Shown here piece by piece: positions 50,101 through 61,037 of a stretch of 64,000 bases of DNA (position 1 is its first letter; the number at the start of each line of letters is the position of its first letter). This DNA comes from Asterias rubens (taxonomy: Eukaryota): assembly GCF_902459465.1 (NCBI RefSeq), contig NC_047065.1, positions 17,670,001 through 17,734,000 on the forward strand, in the 5' to 3' direction. Both the position numbers and the translations under genes were made by a program. A model generated the notes under the pieces. The model worked only from the letters and a program-made list of their open reading frames with translations. It was not told where the DNA came from and searched no databases.

Positions 50101-53100
50101 AGTTGGAACATTTTCCAATTAGTATGTAGTTTCAACAAGTTTAATTGTAAATTGCAGTTTGTGTTTTGTGCACTAATAATTTGAGTTCTAGTCAGTTTGA
50201 ATACCCAAAGAGCTGTACCAATACAAGTCATACATGTACACCCTACATTGTTTGTTTTTGTGTTGATTTGTTTGTTTGTTTGTTTGTTTGTTTGTTTGTT
50301 TGTTTGTTTGTTTGTTTGTTTGTTTGTTTGTTTGTTTGTTAATTTGAGTTCTAGTCAGTTTGAATACCCAAAGAGCTGTACCAGTACAAGTCATACATGT
50401 ACACCTTTTATTTGGATGCATATCTTTTTTTCTGCTGGATATCTAATGCTGTTACTGTAGTTTATAAAACTTTGTTTGTTCAACCCTAGCTCAAAATAAA
50501 AGCAGTCAACAAAGATCAGACTTCAGATAAATAAGCACCTGAATTTAACAAAAACCTATGATAGGTGCAGAAATTGATAAAGGTGCCACTGTAGTGAAGA
50601 TGGTCATTGAAATTAAATCTGGCAAAAAGTATTTAATGGTCTGATATTTCGGTACTAGCAGAACCTTGGAAAAAAAGACTGGTGCCGAAAATGTCAAGCA
50701 ATTAAATATTTTTTGCATTAAAGTTTTATCGGCTAATTTTGTTTTCTCAAATTAAAATCTGGAATATATTCTGATTTCTTCTCAGGATGGCAAGACCGAG
50801 CCAGAAGAGTTTACCTTAAAACTTCAAAAGGAATTAAAGTCATCTCCTCAACCTTACCTTATACCCTTCTTGAAGGTAATAACTTGCGATGTTCTTGTCA
50901 CGAACCTTTGCAAATTCTTTCTAAATGTCTAACTCGAAGAGCTCCTTTATGATTTCTTGAATTACCAGCATGTAACTTGGCCTACTGATTGTAAGTGATG
51001 ACAAAGTGTGACAACACATAGGCATGGTACATGTACTTCACAAAAGCAATTGCCTCCAGTGTTTCTGGTCATTGCCTTGGTGCCCATTGATATGTTCCTT
51101 TAGAAATGTACAATTTCCTTATGAAATTGCCGTTTCTAAAATGAGTCATTAGGCCTGAACTCGCTTTTCATCTGACCGCCATGGTCACTTCTAACATAAC
51201 TTGGCCTGTGTGCTGTTTGTACATAGTACAAAGTTTTGAACAATTTATTTAAGTTTTTTGTTAACACTAGGTATTAATCGGCTAATGAAGATATAGCTAG
51301 AGCTGCTTACGCCTGGTTTGTTAAAGTGTGTTAAAAGCCATACAACAAGTAAGCGCAAGCTTACCTAAGCAAGTAATGTGTAAGTCAATGAATATCAATG
51401 TTGAATATAATAGTATACAACAAGAGTACGACATTGATCGATATTGGACTCCTATATTCAATCTTTGAGTGTTAAATAAAGTATGAAACGTGACACATAG
51501 TCCACCATACTAATGAGAAAGATCTATGTGTGAAGTAAAATGTTCAACATTCTATGTAGATCAGAATCAGATGAAGAAAGTGCCCTCTGACAATGATAAT
51601 TGCTCAACACAATGCTCAATTTGAATGATTTCATTCCACAGAAAAGTCTACCTCTCCTTCGTCAGACTCTTCAGAAAGGAGGCTCTTTACAGATTCAGGG
51701 TCTGAGTGCACCGACCATCACAGCAGCACAGACCGGAGACTCATTTACCCATAGTAATACATTGTCTGGGATTGCAGCATCACAACCAACATTGGTCTCA
51801 ACACTTGCCACTGGTCCTGGTGGTAAGACCACAACGTTAAACTTGACTGCAGAGCAGCTGCAGCAACTATCACAGCAACACCATGCAGCTAAACAGAAGT
51901 CTAAGTTAGCGTCGTTGCAACCTCAAAGTCAAAAATCCAAGGTATGTCATTCACCGTTCCTATAGAACATTGGTTTGGTCCAACCCTAGGTTTGAAACCT
52001 TGGTTTGGTAAAACCCCAGGCTATAGAGTTTGTTTGAAACCTTGGTTTGGTTAAACCCAAGGCTATAGAGTTTGTTTGAAACCTTGGTTTGGTTAAACCC
52101 AAGGCTGTAGAGTTAGTTTGAAACCTTGTTTTGGTTAAACCCAAGGCTATAGAGTTGGTTTGAAACCTTGGTTTGGTTAAACCCCAGGCTGTAGAGTTTG
52201 TTTGAAACCTTGGTTTGGTTAAACCCAAGGCTGTAGAGTTAGTTTGAAACCTTGGTTTGGTTAAACCCAAGGCTGTAGGGTTGGTTTGAAACCTTGGTTT
52301 GGTTAAACCCAAGGCTGTAGAGTTGGTTTGAAACCTTGGTGTGGTTAAACCCAAGGCGGTAGGGTTGGTTTGAAACCTTGGTTTGGTTAAACCCAAGGCT
52401 ATAGAGTTGGTTTGAAACCTTGGTTTGGTTAAACCCTGGGCTGTAGAGTGGGTGTGAAACCTTGGTTTGGTTAAACCCAAGGCTGTAGAGTTGGTTTGAA
52501 ACCTTGGTTCATGGTTAAACCCAAGGCTGTAGAGTTAGTTTGAAACCTTGGTTTGGTTAAACCCAAGGCTGTAGAGTTGGTTTGAAACCTTGGTTTGGTT
52601 AAACCCCAGGCTGTAGAGTTGGTTTGAAACCTTGGTTTGGTTAAACCCCAGACTGTTGAGTTGGTTTGAAACCTTGGTTTGGTTAAACCCAAGGCTGTAG
52701 AGTTGGTTTGAAACCTTGGTTTGGTTAAACCCCAGGCTGTAGAGTTGGTTTGAAACCTTGGTTTGGTGAAACCCCAGGCTGTTGAGTTGGTTTGAAACCT
52801 TGGTTTGGTTAAACCCAAGGCTGTAGGGTTGGTTTGAAACCTTGGTTTGGTTAAACCCAAGGCTGTAGAGTTGGTTTGAAACCTTGATTTGGTTAAACCC
52901 CAGGCTACAGAGTTTGTTTGAAACCTTGGTTTGGTTAAACCCCAGGCTATAGAGTTTGTTTGAAACCTTGGTTTGATTAAACCCCAGGCTAGAGGGTTGG
53001 TTTGAAACCTTGGTTTGGTTAAACCCAAGGCTGTAGAGTTTGTTTTAAACCTTGGTTTGGTTAAACCCAAGGCTGTAGAGTTGGTTTGAAACCTTGGTTT

Positions 53101-56100
53101 GGTTAAACCCCATGCTGTAGAGTTGGTTTGAAACCTTGGTTTGGTTAAACCCAAGGCTGTAGAGTTGGTTTGAAACCTTGGTTCATGGTTAAACCCAAGG
53201 CTGTAGAGTTTGTTTGAAACCTTGGTTTGGTTAAACCCAAGGCTGTAGAGTTGGTTTGAAACCTTGGTTTGGTTAAACCCCATGCTGTAGAGTTTGTTTG
53301 AAACCTTGGTTTGGTTAAACCCCAGGCTGTAGAGTTGGTTTGAAACCTTGGATTGGTTAAACCCCAGGCTATAGAGTTTGTTTGAAACCTTGGTTTGGTT
53401 AAACCCAAGGCTGTAGAGTTGGTTTGAAACCTTGGTTTGGTTAAGCCCAAGGCTATAGAGTTTGTTTGAAACCTTGATTTGGTTAAACCCTGGGATGTAG
53501 AGTTTGTTTGAAACCTTGGTTTGGTTAAACCCTGGGCTGTAGAGTTGGTTTAAAACCTTGGTTTGGTTAAACCCTGGTATGTAGAGTTGGTTTGAAACCT
53601 TGGTTTGGTTAAACCCTGGGATGTAGAGTTGGTTTGAAATCTTGGTTTAGTTAAACCCTGTGATGTAGAGTTGGTTTGAAACCTTGGTTTAGTTAAACCC
53701 TGGGATTTAGAGTTGGTGAAACCTGGGCTGTAGAGTTGGTTTGAAACCTTGGTTTGGTTATACTGCTATTAACTATTCTTGAGATATTCTTTTATTTCTT
53801 GATTTTTCAACAGGCTGTAATAGCGAGTACAGCAAGTAAATCTTCTCCTACGACACATTCTAGTTCTTCAAGATCAAGCCAATCTAGTAAGAGTCACTCC
53901 AGTAAGTCTTCAGCCAGTAAGAGTAGCAGTTCTTCCTCTTCAAGTTCCAGTAAAAAAGACAAAGTTAAAGATCATGCCGCTTCAGGTTTCAAGTAAGTTT
54001 CAGAAATGAAAAGCTTGGGTTTTCCTTTTAAGAAAAGACCAGAGAAAATCTTGTTGCACATTACATGTACTCAATAACCATACGATAGGTAAAAGCTACT
54101 AATTGAAATTTTCAGGAATATTCAGGGATAAGAAATTTAAGACTTTTTTTGTGTGATTTCAAACATTTTATGTCAACCTAGTGTTTTTGTTTTGCCTACA
54201 TACAAGGAAATGTTTTAACCCCAGTAGTTTTAACTAAAAGGTGGAAATGCCACCAATGTTCGACATACCTCCTGATATATGGATTCTAGTTTCAGATTAT
54301 TCCTGAATATTGTTTGGAATGAAAGTTGGCAGCATTGTATTTTTGTTAAACTTCCATTCATAAATGATTACTATCATATCTAATTGTTTTTTAAATCAAA
54401 AGACATTAGAACTTATTAAGAGATGTTAAAATACCGTGTGGAAGTATTTTATTACTTAAGATCAACTGTTGTTTTCTTACTCCTTGAAGGTAAATCATTG
54501 CACAATGAAGTAGTAAGCATAACATGATTATTTCCACTCTGTTTCAGGGAAGATGATGACATTAATGATGTAACCTCTATGGCTGGAGTCAATTTATCAG
54601 AAGAGAGTGCTCGTATCCTAGCAACCAATGCTGACTTCATTGGTACCCAGCTCAGGTCTATTAAAGAAGAGAAGTTTCTTTTCACTGGTCCTCTTCAATC
54701 TAAAGTCAATGAAATCTGTAAGTGCTTTACTGATAATGATGTTTGAAGTGTTTTAATCTGTCCGATAAAAACTACTCTTTTGCGATAATACTCTGGCTAC
54801 AAATATGGTTTATTTTTGTCAGCTTATCAGTTATTTAGACTGAAAGCCCAGTGGCTAGAGGCAGTTCGAATCCTAACTGCTGCAAACACATAGGATTGGA
54901 ACTGCCTCTAACCCCAGGCTGATCTAAAATTTAGTTCATTCACTGTCATCCCTGGCTACCTCTTAACTGTGTCGGTTAGTGGTTAAGATCTATTCATAAA
55001 TACCTCAGACAGTTTCGCTATTCCTATTGGTGGAGAGTGTGTCACGTGGGTGTGTATAAACCATTGTTAATGACCAGTAAAAAGTGTTGAAACATGGCAA
55101 GACATGCGAGCTTGCACTTGTGCTTATAAGACGGTTTATTCATTCCTATTGGTCGAGAGCAACGGCCAGGACAGTTGTGCCACATCACGCAATACGCGTG
55201 ACGCGCACAGCATTCCCTTATAAGGAGTTGTTTACCGGAGGGCCTTACCATTTCATAGCTGGAGGGGTGAAGTGTTGAAAGAAATCATTGAACAATTAAA
55301 ATTTTTGCATTTAAACAGAATCTTACATTATATCTTAAGGTGTTAAACATGGCATACAAGAAGCATCTTCAGACATGATGGAACTCATATCACATGCTGC
55401 TCAAGATAGACTTAAAGATTTAGTTGAGAAACTTGGAGTTATTGCCATGCATAGAATGGAGGTATATAGGGTAAGTAGAAGTTGGATCTGCGTTATTTAT
55501 TCATTATTTTATAATAGATGTCAAATTTGCATCGGGGATAAAGAATATTAATTTTGGTTTTCACCCATACACCGATGTGTGTTAGCACTGTATACTCAGT
55601 ACTTTCCCGAGTCCTATGAAAAAATATCACAGGCATATTACTTGGGTGGGAATCGAACCCACAACCCTTGCAATTCTAGAGCAGTGTCATTCTTTTACTT
55701 CGCCTTGTTCCTCACAACTTATTTTGTTTATATAATGTAACTCAGAATGTTATTAAAAGACTCTTTAATGAGATCTATGTTTTTTTTTAATCTACCCTGT
55801 GAATCTAATCTAATCAATGACAGTCATTAAAACAAATTATTTTGTAAACAATTTGGGTAGGTTTACCAAGGGTGGCACGGTTGGGGTGGCACAGTTGGCT
55901 TGTGTGTAATGCGCTCGCCTCTCACCAAGGTGACCCCGGTTTGATTCCTGAAGAGGGCCATATGTGAGTTAAGTTGTGCGTTGGTCCTCTGCTGTGCCAC
56001 GAGGGTTTTCCAGACCATCCGGTTTTCCTCCCTTGGGAAAAATCAAACACTTTCAATCTTGGCTGTGCTCCGTGGTCATAATGGGTTGATGTGGCTGGCA

Positions 56101-59100
56101 GCCAAAAGGTGCCCTTGCATTTCTCGAACACGTAGTCGCGTCCTTCACAATTCAGCTCTTTGTTGCGAGTAAGGATGATTGGCCCTCCAGTTTATAACTA
56201 TTATAAGATATCAGTCGGGTTGTTGGCTATTAATTTAGGAATTACTATACATAGATCTACCTGTTATTGCTTTATGTAAATTGTAGCAATCATCAGTAAG
56301 CTTTATTAGCTTTGAATGCTTCTGTCAGTTGTCACATCAGTATACCTGTTTATATTTGTTGTGTTGTCATTTAGCCTTGGAGAAAGACTCTTCTAGGGTC
56401 ATTTAGCCTTGGAGAAAGACTCTTCTAGGGTCATTTAGCCTTGGAGAAAGACTCTTCTAGGGTCAAAGTGTCAGGCCATTAACTATTTTAAATTTTGATT
56501 TTGAATTGGCCAGAATGACTCTAGATATGAAGTAACAAGTGATGTAAGATCACAACTCAAGTTCTTTGAGCAACTTGATTCATTGGAAAGGAAACGTCGA
56601 GATGAGCAGGAACGAGAACTCTTGTTACGAGCAGCTAAGGTAAATATTAGATTTGAAAAACAATGGAGGTTTCCTTAATGCTTCATTGGATTTGGTTTAT
56701 TTTGATTCCTTGTCATAAAGTCCAGATAAAGATGTTAACTCTGTAAGCTCTATACGTACATAAACCTTTTGATGTTGTTCTGTATTGTTATATTGTATGG
56801 AGGCATAGGTTATCTCTAGCCTTTGAAATGGTTGCCTCAAAATGAAAATGTTGATTTGTAATTTTAATCCTTAACCAGTTTTGTGCAGCATCACTGTATC
56901 ATTTTAATTGATGTCATAATTGCATTGGTTATAAAGAATAAGCAACTTTATAACCAAATATAACTGTTGTTTTTTAGTAAATGCGAAACTGTTTTTCCGT
57001 GGGTGCCTTCGATTAGCTTCCCTGGGTCGACCCCGGTCTGCCCCCAGTACGTTAAAATAGCTTTGAGGGTCAGCCCCAAAGGCCCTACTTGTGAGCACCG
57101 CCGGGTCGACACAGGGAAGCTAATTGAATGCACCCATGGCGGTTTTGAACCCATGGTGCATTTTACCAAGGTGAGTCCCCATTCCATATTTTGTTTACCT
57201 TTGGTATTTTTCTTACCCATGGTCTTACCCATATATTGCTAGTAAACAGTTTAATGTATCAGGTTTAGATTAACTATTTTGTCTGTTTACCTTTTGTTGT
57301 TTAAGAAACGATTCTATTTGTTATTATTGTTGGCTTGTTTCCCCTAACACCTTTTTATATGATGTTTCTTTTACATACATGTTTTATATATGTATAACTG
57401 CAGTTGGCAGCGCATGTACATGCGGCTCCACACAGCTCTACATCTGACAATCAGTAGCACAGTTTTCATCCTAATATTCTATCACAATCATATATAAGGT
57501 GATAGAGTAGCATCTGTAGACCAACATGAGCATTTTACTGTTGCTTCAGCTCATATGGATTTGGAGAATTTTGCAGTTATATTCTACAATTTTGGTGGCA
57601 TCAAACTCCAAGGTTTCAAGTGTATCTATCTGTGTGCATGGAACCTGTCACTATGGAACAATAGAGCACCAACCCCATGTACATGTACTGGGTACAACAG
57701 AAAGTCTGAAAGAGAGTATTCTTATTCAAATGAGCTCTTCAATGGACTGCAGCACAGGACTCCCTGCTTTGCATGGTAGCTATGTACATGTACACAGGTA
57801 TAGTGCTGAAGTCCTACACAACCTGAGAACTAATGTTGGAGTTAGAACTTGCCCCTTTTCTGAGAAAACTTGTCTGACTCTACATCTGTACAAACTGCAA
57901 AGAACAGTCTGTGTTATCCATTCATCACAAATCAAACCGAGGCGGAGGCGTACTAGACAGGGTTGTAGAGCTGGAAAGGCCAGACTTTCTAGATCATATT
58001 CAAGGCTATCCGTGAGTAATGAGTGTGTCAAGTTTTGTGTTCTCAACACACGATCTGTGAGGAACAAGACCACAGAATTTATTGACTTCGTTATTGAGAA
58101 TAACTTTGATATTGTAGCACTTTGTGAATCCTGGATCAAGGCTGAAGACACATCTGTCATTAAAAACATAACTCCAACGGGCTATTCGTTTCTGCATATA
58201 CCAAGACCTGGATCCAAACGAGGGGGAGGTGTAGCTCTCCTTTACAAGTCGGGATTTAATGTTCGCATCTGTGACACTGATCTAATTTCTACAGCATTTG
58301 AAACATTGAATGTTAACATTGTGAGCGGATCAAAATCGCTCTCCTTGGTAATTGTATACCGTCCACAACTGAAATCAACAGGATGCTCCTTCAGCGTTTT
58401 TATGGAGCAATTCTCCCATCTTATGGATCATCAGCTGCTGAAGACAGCACCTGTTGTAATAACAGGCGACTTCAATGTTCATATCGATTCGGCTTCGGAT
58501 AACTGCACACAAACTTTTATGAATTTTCTGACAGCTAGTGGACTTCAACAACATGTGAATGTCCCTACACATCGACACGGTCATACCTTGGACTTATTTA
58601 TCACCCGAGTATCCGACTCTCCTGTCTTTGCTGATCTCCGTGTTATCGAGGGTATAAGCGACCACAATGCAATTACTTGCAAACTTCTGCTCAGAAAGCC
58701 ACCTACTCCTACTAAGTCACTCACTACACGGAACTTAAGAGGTATTAACACTGATGCTTTCTGTTCTGATATCGCTGATGCTAGGTTTGACTCACTGTCT
58801 AGTTGCAATGTTAATGATCTAGCAGGACACTACACAGATGTTCTTAGTAAAACACTTGATAAACATGCGGCAGCAAAGACACGGATTCTAAAGGTTCGAC
58901 CAAATACCTCCTGGTATAACCCTGAAATTTTTGAGGAGAAAAAGAAGCGTCGGCAATTCGAACATACATGGAGACGGACTCATTTAGAAATTGATCGCCA
59001 GCAGTACACTCAACAGAAGCAGAAAGTAAATACTTTGATTCGAAAAGCAAAAAGTAAATACTACAGTGATCTGTTTATAGAGCATGCTAAGGATCAAAAG

Positions 59101-60982
59101 CGTATATTCAAACTTGCTGATGATCTTCTTCATCGATCTCAAGTATCTCCTCTTCCAGAAGCTACTTCCGATCTTCACCTTGCGAATCAGCTCTGCAATT
59201 TTTTCACGGACAAAATAAAGACAATCCGTGATAGCTTCGTAGTCTTTGATGATTTGGCCTATGACGAACCTATAACAGCGCTTCACCATTTGTCATGTTT
59301 TGCACCTACAACTGAAGAGGAGGTTCTTGCCATCATACGCAATGCTCCAACAACATCATGTAAACTGGATCCGATCCCTACTTCACTCCTAAAGAAATCT
59401 ACCGATGCTATAGTACCTGTCATAACAAAGATAGTTAACACTTCATTAGAAACTGGCATTTTCCCGGACATCCTGAAAGTTGCACACATTCGTCCTCTCA
59501 TAAAGAAGGAGAATCTTGATCGGAATGTGTTTAAGAACTACCGACCGGTTTCTAACTTGTCATTTCTTGGTAAAACGCTAGAACGTGTAGTTCTGGCACG
59601 GCTGGTACCCTTTTTACATCAACATAACCTATGTGAGGACTACCAGTCAGCCTACCGTGCTTTTCATAGCACAGAAACCGCCCTTCTAAAAGTACAGAAT
59701 GATGTGCTACACGCCATGGATAATGGACAGATAGTGCTTATGGTGTTGCTCGATCTTTCGGCGGCTTTCGACACCGTGGACCACCATAAGCTGCTTCAGC
59801 GTCTTGAAAACCGTAACGGTATCCGTGGTGTGGCTCTGGATTGGCTAAAATCATACTTAGCTGGAAGAACACAAGCAGTCTGCATTAATAACGACATCTC
59901 CGATGCAGCTACATTGAATTGTGGACTACCTCAAGAGTCGTGTGTTGGACCTGGACTATTCCCAATCTATACTTTGCCACTCGGGGACATCATTCGTCGG
60001 TATAACCTGAACTATCATTTATACGCAGATGATACTCAGATCTACATACCAGTGAAACCTTTACAGGCAGACGTTAACTCCACTCTTCAGAGAATCGAAC
60101 ACTGCATCGACGATGTCGGAACATGGATGAATCATAACTTCCTCAAACTTAATGACGCAAAAACTGAATTCATAATTCTGGATTCCAAACGGCAAATAAT
60201 GAAAGTGAATATTGAGCATGTTCGAGTTGGTGATGCTTACATAAAGCCCTCCACTACTGTTCGAAACTTGGGTGTGATGTTTGATCAAGCTATGACAATG
60301 GAAAGCCAGGTGACAGCAACATCTAAGTCTGTTTTCATGTCAATCAGGAACATTGGCAGGATACGCAATCACCTCACAAGGGAAGCTGCTGAAACCATTG
60401 TCCATGCCTTCATCACATCCAAGGTAGATGCATGCAACTCGCTCTTGTACGGAATTAACAATACGCAACTCTCTCGCCTTCAACGATTACAGAATATTGC
60501 AGCAAGGATGATCACTTACACCAAGAAAACGGAACACATCACACCAGTGCTAGCCGGCTTGCACTGGCTCCCCATCCAACAAAGGGTTAAATATAAACTG
60601 TGCCTCATTATTTTCAAGATCTTGCAAGGTGATGCCCCAGCATATTTAAGTGATCTTCTGCAGATATACACCCCAGGACATCGTGGCTTACGGTCTACAA
60701 AACACAAATTCCTCCAGGAAAAAACAACTAAAGATGTATGGGGGGGAGAGAAGTTTTCAAAGCACAGCACCAAAGCTTTGGAACTCCCTCCCGGACACTG
60801 TAAAACTCTCCAAATCACTCAACACATTCAAGAACAGTTTAAAAACTCATTTTCATAGAGAAGCTTTTTGTTAAGTTTATTTTTCTTATTTTGTTGTTTG
60901 CTACTTTCATTGCTTGTTGTTCCTTTGTAGAGTAGCGCCATGAGCGCCGCTTGCGGCGGACACCGGCGCTTTATTAAGTGTC

Positions 60983-61037
<55 letters not shown>

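Noticed and set aside
51986-53450. Minus-strand ORFs with ([14 protein letters not shown])n
   Set aside because: By-product of a stop-free 42-bp repeat in a TAF4 intron; no splice or promoter support
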